The notes below the pieces were generated by a model. The model had not been told where the DNA came from. It saw only the letters and a list, made by a program, of their open reading frames with translations, and made no database searches. Of a stretch of DNA of 64,000 nt, positions 9,522 through 19,257 are shown in pieces. A program made the translations under genes and the position numbers. Where the stretch lies: contig DATCYZ010000029.1 in the NCBI GenBank assembly GCA_036526195.1, positions 5,057-69,056 of the forward strand, given 5' to 3'. The stretch comes from Burkholderiales bacterium (lineage in GTDB: Bacteria > Pseudomonadota > Gammaproteobacteria > Burkholderiales > SG8-39). Each line of letters opens with the position of its first letter. Positions within the stretch are counted from its first letter, which is position 1.

Positions 9522-10853
9522 TCAGGAGCACTTCGCCCCTTTCATGCCGCCCTTGATCCATTCGACGGAATCGACGTCGTCAGGCGGGTTCACGCATTCC
9601 GCCTTGAAGCGGATCACGTCGGACACCGTCGGCTCGTTGAGCTTGGCGTCCCAGATGAAGCCGCCCCAGATGTCGTCGGTGATGGCCTGGTGGCCCTTGC
9701 CGATCGCCATCTTCACCGTGCCCGAAAGGGTGGGGAACTCGGCGCGCTTGAGCGCGGCGATCACCTGATCGGTGCTCGGGAACTTGCCGCCGTTCGCCTT
9801 CATTGCCTTGTCATAGGCGTACTTCGCGGCGAGAACGCCCTGCGCGTACTGGTACGCGGACTGCGTCGGCTGCTCCTTGAAGCGCTCGCGGTAGGTCTTC
9901 TGGAACCAGACGTTCAGCGGCGAGCCGTCCAGGTGCGGCGCGGCATAGATCCCGTACGGTCCGCGCGCGCCGATCAACGATCCCTTCGGGAACTTGTCGG
10001 CGAGCCGGTACACGCCCGAATCCCCCACGGTGAAGAGGAAGGTCTTCTTCTGGAACAGGCCGCGCGCGCCGCCTTGCAGCACGAGCGCCTCGAGGTCGCC
10101 CGCCCAGACGCTGGCGTGGACGATCTCCTCGGGCGAACGCAGCAGCGCCGAGATCTCGGTCCCGTACTGGCCCGAGAACAGCTTCGGGAACTGCGGCGTG
10201 CTGGTGTTCTTGATATGCGGCGCGAGCACCTTCATCGCCAGGTCGAAATCCCGCCAGGAATCCTGTCCCCAGGCGTAGTTCTGGTTGATGCCGGTGTAGC
10301 CGTTCTTCTTGCTCATCTTCTGGGCGACGTAGTGCGCGAGCGATACGTTGCTCGCGGTCGCGGTGTTGAGCGTGCGGAAAACGTACTTCGGATCCTTGTC
10401 GAGTTCCTCGAACACCCGCGGGGTGCCGCAGACCGTCAGCAGCGTCAAGACCTTCAGTTCCTCGGCGACCGGCGCCACCGCCGAGCAGGTGCCCGACGAA
10501 ATGAAGCCTGCGAACAGGTCGACTTTGTCCTGCTGGACGCGCGTGCGCATCTCGGTGACCTGCTTGGTGTTGCCGCCGGACTCGTCATAGATCATCGCCT
10601 TGACCCTGGCGCCCGCGAATCCCTTGGTGTTGTACGGCGCCGGCAGCGTGCCCGCATTGATCGCCTCGACCACGATCTCGACCGCGTTCTTGCCGGGGAT
10701 GCCGAAGGCTGCGCCGCCTGCACCGGTCAGGAAGGTCGGCACCGCCATGACCACCTCGTCCTTGGCGAGCGCGCCGCCCGCCCCTGCCAGCAACGACAGG
10801 GCCGCGAGTGCCCCCACGACCTGCGTGCTGATTCGATTCCTGGATGCATTCAT
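9522..10853 (-). CDS. ABC transporter substrate-binding protein (LivK/type I periplasmic binding fold, large about 440-aa subtype)
   Basis: Start reassigned to ATG 10853 (GGAGGAGG RBS). Signal peptide ...VVGALAALSLLAGAGGALA. 443 aa. Confidence 0.85.
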   Translation of the reverse strand: MNASRNRISTQVVGALAALSLLAGAGGALAKDEVVMAVPTFLTGAGGAAFGIPGKNAVEIVVEAINAGTLPAPYNTKGFAGARVKAMIYDESGGNTKQVTEMRTRVQQDKVDLFAGFISSGTCSAVAPVAEELKVLTLLTVCGTPRVFEELDKDPKYVFRTLNTATASNVSLAHYVAQKMSKKNGYTGINQNYAWGQDSWRDFDLAMKVLAPHIKNTSTPQFPKLFSGQYGTEISALLRSPEEIVHASVWAGDLEALVLQGGARGLFQKKTFLFTVGDSGVYRLADKFPKGSLIGARGPYGIYAAPHLDGSPLNVWFQKTYRERFKEQPTQSAYQYAQGVLAAKYAYDKAMKANGGKFPSTDQVIAALKRAEFPTLSGTVKMAIGKGHQAITDDIWGGFIWDAKLNEPTVSDVIRFKAECVNPPDDVDSVEWIKGGMKGAKCS

Positions 10854-11389
10854 GGTTTTCCTCCTCCTGTGTTGATCAATGCGCTCCGCCGCCTCTAGGC
10901 TAGCAAGAAACCGCACTCTTGTCGTTTCCATCGCATCACCCCGCCCGGCCGGCATCGCCGCGCGCCGCTACAGACGTCTACCTGAAGACCCAGGGTTCAC
11001 CAACGATAGTCTTGGCCCAGAACATCAAAAACCCGGCGCAATGTCAGGTTCTGCTCAAGACCTGACCCGCTCTTGCGAGAAGATAAAGATTATCCTAGTC
11101 TTGTCAGTACAGTAATGCAACACACTCGGCCGGGTCCCCTCGGCAGCCGCTGGCCGCGCCGGCGGACCGCCACAGGGCACCGGGCAGGCGCCCTGACCGA
11201 CAGGAGCACAGTACGTACCGCCATGATCCCGCACCGCCACGATTCCGTAGCATTCGCGAGGAACGGGCTCGACGCTTTCGCGGAGAACAGTGTCGCGTGG
11301 ACTGCCATGGCGGGCGCAACCGCAACGCTGTGGGCGACCCGCCGGCCTTCGCCGGGAATCGCAAGCCGGCCTGTCCGGGGCGCGCGCGC

Positions 11390-12256
11390 ATGAAGCCACC
11401 GACATTCGGCTACCTGCGCGCGGCCACGCTGGCCGAGGCACTGCACGCCCTGAAGTCCGAGGGCGCGAAAGTGATCGCGGGCGGCCAGAGCCTGATGCCG
11501 ATGCTGAACTTCCGCCTGTTGCGCCCGAGCCTGCTGGTGGACATCAACCGGCTCGGCGAACTGGACACGCTGGAGGAAACCGCCGGCGGGGGCCTGCGCA
11601 TCGGTGCGCTGACGCGCCACCGGACGCTGGAGTTCTCGCCGCTGGTCCGTGCCCGATTCCCGATCCTTGCCGCCGCAGCGGCCGAGATCGGTCACCTTGC
11701 GATCCGCAACCGCGGCACGATCGGCGGCAGCCTGTCGCACGCCGACCCGGCGGCCGAACTGCTCCTGATGAGCGTATTGCTGGACGCACGCCTCACCGTG
11801 CAATCGCATGGCGGGACCCGCACGGTGCGCGCCGCGGACCATATCGCGGGCGCGCTGAGCACCACGCTGAAACCTGCGGAGATCGTCACCGCCGTCGCGT
11901 TGCCGCCGCTAGCGCCGGGCACCGGCTGGGGCTTCGGGGAAGTCGCCCGCCGCAGCGGCGATTTCGCGCTTGCGGCGGTCGCCGTGCTGATCCGGCGTGC
12001 CGGCGACAGCGTGGGCGAGGCGCGCATCGCGGTCTCGGGCGGCATGGACGGGCCGGTGCGCATCCGCGCCGCGGAAGACGCGCTGCACGGCAGCCGCTGT
12101 GATGCACGCGCCCTGGCCGCGGCGGCACGGGCGGTGCGCGCCGGCATCGAGGCGAACTCGGACCTGCACGCCTCGCCCGCGCTGCGCCACCACCTTCTCG
12201 ACGCCCTGCTCGGGCGCGCCTGCACGCAGGCGTGGGACCGGGCCGCCACCGCATGA
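11390..12256 (+). CDS. Mo-hydroxylase FAD-binding medium subunit (CoxM-like)
   Basis: Start at ATG 11390. AGGQSLMPMLNFRL and RNRGTIGGSLSHADP motifs. No Cys-rich insertion. 288 aa. Confidence 0.9.
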   Translation: MKPPTFGYLRAATLAEALHALKSEGAKVIAGGQSLMPMLNFRLLRPSLLVDINRLGELDTLEETAGGGLRIGALTRHRTLEFSPLVRARFPILAAAAAEIGHLAIRNRGTIGGSLSHADPAAELLLMSVLLDARLTVQSHGGTRTVRAADHIAGALSTTLKPAEIVTAVALPPLAPGTGWGFGEVARRSGDFALAAVAVLIRRAGDSVGEARIAVSGGMDGPVRIRAAEDALHGSRCDARALAAAARAVRAGIEANSDLHASPALRHHLLDALLGRACTQAWDRAATA

Positions 12257-12747
12257 GGACCACCATGGACATCTCGGTCACCGTGAACGGCACCGTGTAC
12301 CGCCGCAGCGTCGAGGCGCGACTGCTGCTCTCGGACTTCCTGCGCGATTCGCTCGGGCTCACCGGCACCCACGTCGGCTGCGAGCACGGCGTGTGCGGCG
12401 CCTGCACGGTGCTGGTAGACGGTGACAGCGCGCGCGCCTGCCTGATGCTTGCGGCGCAGGCGGACGGTTGCGAAGTCACGACGGTCGAAGCGCTGGGCTC
12501 GGTCGAGCGCCTCGGCCCGCTGCAGGACGCCTTCCGCAGGCATCACGCGCTGCAATGCGGATTCTGCACCCCGGGCATGCTGATGACCTCGGTGGACCTG
12601 CTGAAGAAATACCCGCTCGCGAACGATGCGGAAATCCGCGAGGGGCTTTCCGGCAACCTGTGCCGCTGCACCGGTTACGAGCACATCGTGCGCGCCCTGC
12701 GCGAGCTTGCGCAATCCCGCGGCCCGCTGAAGGCCGACCCGAAATGA
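12253..12747 (+). CDS. Mo-hydroxylase (2Fe-2S)-binding small subunit (CoxS-like)
   Basis: ATGA overlap with the FAD-subunit stop. Cluster motifs [19 protein letters not shown] and NLCRCTGY. Confidence 0.9.
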   Translation: MRTTMDISVTVNGTVYRRSVEARLLLSDFLRDSLGLTGTHVGCEHGVCGACTVLVDGDSARACLMLAAQADGCEVTTVEALGSVERLGPLQDAFRRHHALQCGFCTPGMLMTSVDLLKKYPLANDAEIREGLSGNLCRCTGYEHIVRALRELAQSRGPLKADPK

Positions 12748-13505
12748 AGATGCATGTGCTTTCCGGCGGCCGATTGCGCATGAAACGCAGGGTCTACATC
12801 GCCGAGGCGGCGAGCGACGAGACGATCGACCTGCCGGTGCTGTGCGTGCTGCTGCGCCACCCGCAGGGCAACGTCCTGTTCGACACCGGCTGCCACCCGG
12901 ATGCGGCCACGGATCCCGAGGCGCGCTGGGGCGGCATGTCGAAGATGATGAAGCTGGTCTCGCCGCCGCAGGAGCACCTGATCGGCGGACTCGCCGGACT
13001 CGGCATCGCCGCCGAGGACATCGACCTCGTGGTGAACTCGCACTTCCACACCGATCACTGCGGCTGCAACGCCTTTTTCGGCAAGGCGACCGTGGTCTGC
13101 CACGCGCTCGAACTCGAGGCGGCACGCGCGCCGGACGCGCTCAAGGCGGGGTTCCTCGATGCCGACTGGAAGCACCCCAACCGCTTCGACACGCTGGACG
13201 CGCAGCGCGACCTGTTCGGCGACGGACGCGTGGTGCTGGTGCCGCTCCCGGGCCACACCGCCGGCACGATCGGCGCGCTGGTGAGCCTCGAGCGTTCGGG
13301 CCGCTTCCTGCTTGCCTCCGACGCCGTGGCGCTGCGCGCCAACCTCGAGCGCGACGACTGCCCGCGCCAGACCTGGAATCCGGCCCTCGCGCTGCGCTCG
13401 ATGGCGGAGATCCGCCGCCTCGAGGCGGGCGGCGCAACGGTGATCTTCGGCCACGACCTCGCCCAGTGGGACGAACTGCGGAAAGGCGCGCAGTCTTATG
13501 ACTGA
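12744..13505 (+). CDS. MBL-fold metallo-hydrolase, N-acyl homoserine lactonase-like
   Basis: ATGA overlap with the small-subunit stop. Metal motif NSHFHTDHCG (HxHxDH), later PLPGHTAG and FGHD. 253 aa. Confidence 0.85.
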   Translation: MKMHVLSGGRLRMKRRVYIAEAASDETIDLPVLCVLLRHPQGNVLFDTGCHPDAATDPEARWGGMSKMMKLVSPPQEHLIGGLAGLGIAAEDIDLVVNSHFHTDHCGCNAFFGKATVVCHALELEAARAPDALKAGFLDADWKHPNRFDTLDAQRDLFGDGRVVLVPLPGHTAGTIGALVSLERSGRFLLASDAVALRANLERDDCPRQTWNPALALRSMAEIRRLEAGGATVIFGHDLAQWDELRKGAQSYD

Positions 13506-15870
13506 GCGCGGCGCCGGCGTCCGTCCCAAGGCCATTGGCGCGCGCGTCCAGCGGCTCGAAGATCCGCGCCTGCTCGCCGGCAAGGGCAGCTACGTGGACG
13601 ATCGCCAGCCGCGCGGCCTGCTGCACGTGGCCTTCCGTCGCAGCGACCAGGCGCACGCGCGCATCAAATCGGTCGACCTGTCGGCCGCGCGCGCGCTGCC
13701 GGGCGTCATCGGCGCCTATTGCCTGGACGACCTCTCCGGGCTGGCGCAGCCCGGACGCGCCACCTCGACGATGCGCGGCTACCAGCCCACGGCGCTCTAC
13801 CCGCTGGCCCGCGACAAGGTGCGCTTCGTCGGCGAGCCGATCGTCGCCATCGTGGCCGAGAGCCGCTACCTCGCGGAGGACGCGCTCGACCTGCTGCAGG
13901 TCGACCTCGATCCGCTGCCCGGGGTGTGCGACCCGGAAGCGGCGCTCGCCGCCGGCGCCCCGCTGCTGCACGAGGATGCCGGTTCCAACCTGATCGTCGA
14001 GCGCAGCTTCGAGCGCGGCGACGTCGAGGCGACATTCAAGGCGGCTGCGATCCGCGTCAGCGGGCGCTTCCGCTTTCATCGCAAGAGCCCGCTGGCGATG
14101 GAAAACCGGACCTACCTCGCGGACTTCGACGCAGGCCAGCGCCTGCTCACGCTGCATTCGTCCACCCAGGTGCCCGGCATCATTCGCGATGCCCTTGCCG
14201 AGATCCTCGGCCTGAGCGGCAACGGCATCCGGGTCGTTGCGCCGGACGTGGGCGGCGGCTTCGGCGGCAAGGCCTCGCTGTACCCCGAGGAAATCTGCGT
14301 CTGCCTGCTGGCGCGCCAGATCGGGCGCCCGGTGAAGTGGACCAGCGACCGGCTGGAGGATCTCGCGGCGACCAGCCAGGGCTTCGACGAGCGCATCGAT
14401 GCCGAGCTGGGGCTCGATGCCGAAGGCCACATCCTCGCGCTGCGCAGCGAGGTCATCGGCGACGTCGGCGCCTATTCGATCTACCCCTGGACCGCGGGCC
14501 TCGAGCCGGTGCAGGTCATCAGCTTCATGCCGGGGCCGTATCGCGTGCCGGTCTATCGCGGCCATGTGCGCGCGGTCGCGACCTGCAAGTCGCCCACCGG
14601 CCCCTACCGCGGTGTGGGCCGGCCGATCTCCACCTTCGTGATGGAGCGCCTTGTCGACATGGCGGCCCGCGCCCTCGGGATGGATCCGCGGCAGCTTCGG
14701 CGGATCAACCTGGTCAAGGCCGGGGAGTTCCCCTACAAGACCGCGCCGGGCATCGTCTGGGATCGCTCGGGGTTCATCGAATGCCTGGAGGGCGCCTGCG
14801 GGGCAGCGGACTACGACGCCCTGCGCGCCGCCCAGGCGGCGGCGCGCGCGGAAGGGCGCTGGGTCGGAATCGGGCTCGCGTCGTACGCCGAACTGACCGG
14901 GATCGGCTCGCGCATCTCGGCCTCGCCCGGCATGCCGATCAACACCGGCACCGAGACATCGATCCTGCGCATCGACTCCACCGGCGCGGTCACCGCGCGC
15001 TTCGGCGTCGCCTCGCACGGCCAGGGACTCGAAACCACGCTGGCGCAGGTCATCGCGGACGAGCTCGGCGCGCGCCTCGAGGACATCCGGGTCATCCATG
15101 GCGACAGCGCCGCCGTCGCCCACGGCACCGGCTCCTATGCGAGTCGCAGCACGGTGCTCGCCGGCGGTGCGGCAACCCTCGCCTCGCGCGGCCTGCGCGA
15201 GAAAGTGCTGCGCGTCGCCGCCCACCTGCTCGAGGCGGCGGCCAGCGACATCGAGGTGTCGGACGGCGTCGCGCGCGTCTCCGGCACCGACCGCGCGCTC
15301 AGCTTTCGCGAGATCGCGAAGGCGGTGTACTCGCAGATGGGACGCCTGCCGAAGGAACTGCGCGAGGACCTCTCGGAGACCAGCACCTACGACCCGTTCT
15401 TCGGCACCACCACCAGCGCCACGCACCTCGCCCAGGTCGAGATCGACCCGCGGACCTGCCGCATCACCGTGCAGCGCTACGTCGTGGCCGAGGACTGCGG
15501 CCGCCTCATCAATCCGCTGATCGTCGACGGGCAGGTGCATGGCGCCGTGGCGCAGGGCATCGGCGCCGCCCTGTTCGAGGAGATCGTCTACGACGACGAG
15601 GGCCAGCTGCTGACCGCGAGCCTGGTGGACTACGTCGTGCCCTCGGCCGCCGAACTGCCGTCGATCGAGACCGTGCACATCGAGTCGGCGTCGCCCTCGA
15701 CGGTGGGTGGCTTCCGCGGCATGGGCGAAGGCGGCACCATCGGCGCGCCGGCGGCCATCGCCAACGCCATCGCCGACGCGCTCTCGCCCTTCGGCATCGA
15801 GATCCATGAACTGCCCGTGACGCCGGAACGCCTGTTCCGCCTGCTCGAGGGCGCAAAGGAGAACACTTGA
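13498..15870 (+). CDS. xanthine dehydrogenase family molybdopterin-binding large subunit
   Basis: 790 aa. N-terminal [17 protein letters not shown], loop [15 protein letters not shown]-terminal [15 protein letters not shown] and [18 protein letters not shown]. 8-nt overlap with the MBL gene. Confidence 0.92.
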   Translation: MTERGAGVRPKAIGARVQRLEDPRLLAGKGSYVDDRQPRGLLHVAFRRSDQAHARIKSVDLSAARALPGVIGAYCLDDLSGLAQPGRATSTMRGYQPTALYPLARDKVRFVGEPIVAIVAESRYLAEDALDLLQVDLDPLPGVCDPEAALAAGAPLLHEDAGSNLIVERSFERGDVEATFKAAAIRVSGRFRFHRKSPLAMENRTYLADFDAGQRLLTLHSSTQVPGIIRDALAEILGLSGNGIRVVAPDVGGGFGGKASLYPEEICVCLLARQIGRPVKWTSDRLEDLAATSQGFDERIDAELGLDAEGHILALRSEVIGDVGAYSIYPWTAGLEPVQVISFMPGPYRVPVYRGHVRAVATCKSPTGPYRGVGRPISTFVMERLVDMAARALGMDPRQLRRINLVKAGEFPYKTAPGIVWDRSGFIECLEGACGAADYDALRAAQAAARAEGRWVGIGLASYAELTGIGSRISASPGMPINTGTETSILRIDSTGAVTARFGVASHGQGLETTLAQVIADELGARLEDIRVIHGDSAAVAHGTGSYASRSTVLAGGAATLASRGLREKVLRVAAHLLEAAASDIEVSDGVARVSGTDRALSFREIAKAVYSQMGRLPKELREDLSETSTYDPFFGTTTSATHLAQVEIDPRTCRITVQRYVVAEDCGRLINPLIVDGQVHGAVAQGIGAALFEEIVYDDEGQLLTASLVDYVVPSAAELPSIETVHIESASPSTVGGFRGMGEGGTIGAPAAIANAIADALSPFGIEIHELPVTPERLFRLLEGAKENT

Positions 15871-16625
15871 TGGACTACAAACTGAAGGACAAGGTGGCCA
15901 TCGTCACCGGTGCGGCGCGCGACGTCGGGCGCGAGATCGCCCTCACGCTGGCCGCCGAAGGCGCGATCGTCGCGGTCAATTACATGAAATCCCGGGACGG
16001 GGCGGAGGCGGTAGTGCGCGAGATCACCGGCGCCGGCGGTCGCGCGCGCAGCTACGGGGCCGATGTTGCGGACTACGGCGCGACGAAGTCCATGGTCGAT
16101 GCGGTGGTCGCGGACTGGGGACGCGTCGACATCCTGGTGAACAACGCCGGCATGGTGCTGCGGCAGAAGTTCCTCGCCACCACCCCGGAGGACTGGCAGC
16201 GCCAGGTGGGCGTCGGGCTCTATGGCGTCATCCATACCTGCCACGCGGTCCTGCCCCACATGACGAAGCAAAAGGGCGGGCGCATCATCAGCCTCGCAGG
16301 CGACTCGGCGCGGGTCGGCGAATCCGGCCTGTCGATCACCGCCGCCGCGCGCTCCGGCGCGATTGCGCTCACCAAGTCGCTCGCCAAGGAGTTCGGCCGT
16401 GACCAGGTGACCGTCAACGCCGTCACCCTCGGGCTGGTCGTCACCGAGCACAACCCGCCGGCGTGGCTCGCCGCCAACGCCGACAGGATCAATCGCCAGT
16501 ACCCGCTGGGGCGGATCGGCCGCCCTGACGATGTCGCGCCGATGGTGGCCTTCCTCGCCTCCGAAGGCGCGCACTGGATCACCGGGCAGGTGATCAGCGT
16601 GAACGGCGGCTACAGCATGGTGTAG
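15870..16625 (+). CDS. SDR-fold oxidoreductase-like protein with non-canonical active-site positions
   Basis: I prefer ATG 15870 (AAGGAG RBS, TGATG junction) over the TTG at 15867. Has TGAARDVG and NNAG motifs, but the FabG-aligned Ser/Tyr/Lys positions read Gly/Thr/Arg. Confidence 0.8.
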   Translation: MDYKLKDKVAIVTGAARDVGREIALTLAAEGAIVAVNYMKSRDGAEAVVREITGAGGRARSYGADVADYGATKSMVDAVVADWGRVDILVNNAGMVLRQKFLATTPEDWQRQVGVGLYGVIHTCHAVLPHMTKQKGGRIISLAGDSARVGESGLSITAAARSGAIALTKSLAKEFGRDQVTVNAVTLGLVVTEHNPPAWLAANADRINRQYPLGRIGRPDDVAPMVAFLASEGAHWITGQVISVNGGYSMV

Positions 16626-16654
16626 GCCGCGCGCACAGGACGGGAAACAGACCG

Positions 16655-18226
16655 ATGATTCGAACCGAATTGATTGCCCCGATTCCGGAGCTGCTGCGGC
16701 GCCACGCGCGCGCCCGGCCGGACAAGCTTGCCTACTCGGACGCGGCAGGAGACATCGACTACGCCACGCTGGAGGCGAGCACCGCCAACCTGGCGAGCCA
16801 GCTGCAGGCGCTGGGCATCGAGGCCGGCGCACGCGTCGCCTTGCTGCTGCCCAACTCGATCGAATGGGTCCAGGGCTGCCTCGCGATCGCCCGCGCCGGC
16901 GCGATCAGCGTGCCGATCGCCTACGAGGCGGCCTTGCCCGAGATCACCTACCGGCTCACCGACGCGGGCTGCCGCGTGCTGATCACCACCGACGAGCAGA
17001 TGGCCAGGCTCGAGCCCCTGCTCGCCGGCCTGCCCGAACTCGGGCACCTGATCCTCGCATCGCGCGGCGCGCGCCATCCGCGTGGGCACCGGCTGGCGGA
17101 GTTCCTTTCACGGCCCGCGCGCGGCGCGCCGCGCGACCCGGCGATGCTCGATACGCCCGCGTTCATCATCTACACCTCCGGCACCACCGGCCGCGCCAAG
17201 GGCGTGGTGCTCTCGGTGCGCGGCATGCTGTGGATCACGGCCGCCTGCTGGACGCCGGTCGCCGGCCTGTGCGAAAGCGACCGCGTGCTCTCGCCCCTGC
17301 CCCTGTTTCATTCGTATGCGCTCAATCTCTCGGTGCTGTCGATCCTCGCGACCGGCGCGAGCGAGCACATCCTGGAACGGTTCTCGACCCAGGCGGTGCT
17401 GGCCCAGCTTGCCACGGGTCGCTTTACCGTGTTGCCGGGCGTGCCGACGATGTTTCATTACCTGCTCGAGGCCGGCAAGGCCGCAGGGGTCGCCGCGCTG
17501 CCCGGGCTGCGCGTCTGCATCACGGCCGGCGCGATCATGCCCGCGGCGCTCAATGACGCGTTCGAGGCGCAGTTCGGGGTGCCGTTGCTCGACGGTTACG
17601 GCATCACCGAGACCTCGACCATGGTGACGATGAACTGGCTCCACGGGACCCGCGTGCCCGGGTCCTGCGGCCTGCCGGTGCCCGGGCTCGCGGTGCGCAT
17701 CATCGACCCCGCCAGCGGCCTCGACGTTGACCCGGGCGCGGAGGGGGAACTGATCGTGCGCGGACCCAACCTGATGAGCGGCTACTACCGGCAGCCCGAG
17801 GCCACCGCTGCCGCGTTGCGCAATGGCTGGTATCACACCGGGGACCTCGCGCGGAGTGACCCGAACGGCTACCTGACGATCACCGGGCGCCTGAAGGAGC
17901 TGATCATCCGCGGCGGACAGAACATCGCCCCGGCCGAGGTCGAGGAGGCGGTCCGCGCCTGCGCGGGCGTCCTCGATTGCGCGGTCTTCGGCGTGCCGCA
18001 CGAGAAGCTGGGCGAGGTGCCGGTGGCCTGCGTCGTGGTGCGTGAGGGCGAAACCGTGGATCCGGAGGCCCTGATCGCGCACTGCCGCGCGCAACTGTCC
18101 GCCTACAAGGTGCCTGCAGAAGTGCATTTCACCGACGCCATCCCGCGCACCGGGTCCGGCAAGACCATGCGCTACAAGCTGCGCGACGCGCTGCTTGCGA
18201 AGCGCGCCGGCGCGGCGGGGCGCTGA
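16655..18226 (+). CDS. AMP-dependent synthetase/ligase (acyl- or aryl-CoA synthetase)
   Basis: 523 aa. AMP-binding motif IYTSGTTGRAKGV, plus TGDL and GKxxR-type C-terminal motifs. Confidence 0.9.
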   Translation: MIRTELIAPIPELLRRHARARPDKLAYSDAAGDIDYATLEASTANLASQLQALGIEAGARVALLLPNSIEWVQGCLAIARAGAISVPIAYEAALPEITYRLTDAGCRVLITTDEQMARLEPLLAGLPELGHLILASRGARHPRGHRLAEFLSRPARGAPRDPAMLDTPAFIIYTSGTTGRAKGVVLSVRGMLWITAACWTPVAGLCESDRVLSPLPLFHSYALNLSVLSILATGASEHILERFSTQAVLAQLATGRFTVLPGVPTMFHYLLEAGKAAGVAALPGLRVCITAGAIMPAALNDAFEAQFGVPLLDGYGITETSTMVTMNWLHGTRVPGSCGLPVPGLAVRIIDPASGLDVDPGAEGELIVRGPNLMSGYYRQPEATAAALRNGWYHTGDLARSDPNGYLTITGRLKELIIRGGQNIAPAEVEEAVRACAGVLDCAVFGVPHEKLGEVPVACVVVREGETVDPEALIAHCRAQLSAYKVPAEVHFTDAIPRTGSGKTMRYKLRDALLAKRAGAAGR

Positions 18227-18234
18227 GCGCACGC

Positions 18235-19257
18235 ATGTCCGCGACGCCGCGCCTGCGCCCCCGCGCCCGCAGGGGGCCGGGCGCGCGCGTCAGGCTGCGC
18301 GAACGCAACTGCTCGATTGCGCGCACCGTGGCCATCCTGAGCGACGGCTGGGGCTTCATGGTGCTGCGGGAGTGCTATTTCGGCGTCACCCGGTTCGACG
18401 CCTTTCAGCGCCTGCTCGACCTGCCACGCGCCACGCTCTCGGCCCGCTTGCGCAAGCTCACGGAACAGGGCCTGCTGCGACAGGTGCGCTATTCGGCGCA
18501 CCCGCCGCGCTACGAATACCGCCTGACGCGCGTCGGCTTCGATCTCTACGCCGTGATGATCGCGCTCATGCGGTTCGGCGACCGGTGGCTCGCCGGCGAT
18601 GCAAGGCCGCCGCTGGACCTCATCCACCAGCGTTGCGGCATGCACTGCCATCCGCTGGTCGCCTGCTCGCACTGTGGCGACGAGATCGACGTGCGCGAGA
18701 TCCGCTGCCGCGACGGGCCGGGCGCGGGCAGCGCGTTGCCGCCGCGCTGGGCAAGCCGCCGCTCCGCGGACCCGACGGCGCTCGAGCGCCGCCGCCCGAG
18801 CATGGTGGCGCGGGCGCTCAAGTTCATCGGTGACCGCTGGAGCTTCATGGTGCTGCGGGAGGCCTTCTTCGGCGTTCGCCGCTTCGACGACTTCCGCACG
18901 CGGCTCGGCATTGCGCCGAACATCCTCACCGATCGCCTGACCAGGCTGACCGGGGAACGCGTCTTCGACCGGGTGCCCTACCAGAGCGCGCCCGAGCGTT
19001 TCGAGTACCGGCTCACCGACAAGGGTCGCGACCTCGCCGGGCCGCTGCTCGCCATGCTGCGCTGGGGGGACCGCTGGCTCTCCGGCGGGGAACCGCCGCT
19101 CCTGCTGACCCACAAGGTGTGCGGCGCCGATTTCCAGCCCGTGGTGATCTGCGACCACTGCCGCGCGCCGATCCAGGCGGGCGACATGCGCTACCGCATG
19201 AACTACGCGCTGCCGGAGGGCAGCCCGCCGCCGGCCGGTCCGGCAACCCCGGACTAG
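18235..19257 (+). CDS. tandem-duplicated HxlR-family transcriptional regulator, each module followed by an H-x2-C-x9-C-x2-C motif
   Basis: Two HxlR winged-HTH modules (ILSDGWGFMVLRE...YEYRLT and FIGDRWSFMVLRE...FEYRLT). Each is followed by GDRWL and then by HQRC..CSHC or HKVC..CDHC. 340 aa. Confidence 0.8.
   Translation: MSATPRLRPRARRGPGARVRLRERNCSIARTVAILSDGWGFMVLRECYFGVTRFDAFQRLLDLPRATLSARLRKLTEQGLLRQVRYSAHPPRYEYRLTRVGFDLYAVMIALMRFGDRWLAGDARPPLDLIHQRCGMHCHPLVACSHCGDEIDVREIRCRDGPGAGSALPPRWASRRSADPTALERRRPSMVARALKFIGDRWSFMVLREAFFGVRRFDDFRTRLGIAPNILTDRLTRLTGERVFDRVPYQSAPERFEYRLTDKGRDLAGPLLAMLRWGDRWLSGGEPPLLLTHKVCGADFQPVVICDHCRAPIQAGDMRYRMNYALPEGSPPPAGPATPD

Noticed and set aside
11110-11389. 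Possible Moco riboswitch in the long leader of the Mo-hydroxylase operon
   Set aside because: I could not find the conserved blocks I associate with that RNA. The idea is left only as a suggestion to run a covariance-model scan.
13141-15807. An 888-aa minus-strand ORF, with similar cases at 21337-24075, 19119-21233, 35421-37874, 2107-4197 and 53503-55908
   Set aside because: All are antisense or out-of-frame shadows of genes with strong family signatures, and all have Arg/Gly/His/Pro-rich low-information composition.
11390-15870. Assignment of locus 2 as a genuine CO dehydrogenase or as 4-hydroxybenzoyl-CoA reductase
   Set aside because: The large-subunit loop reads PYRGVGR, without the Cys-containing form I CODH loop. 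The FAD subunit has no Cys-rich [4Fe-4S] insertion of the HcrB type.
19254-19257. Convergent HxlR and HpaB genes sharing the palindrome CTAG as overlapping stop codons
   Set aside because: It is real in the sequence, but most simply a coincidence of compact convergent genes. It carries no functional implication that I can support.
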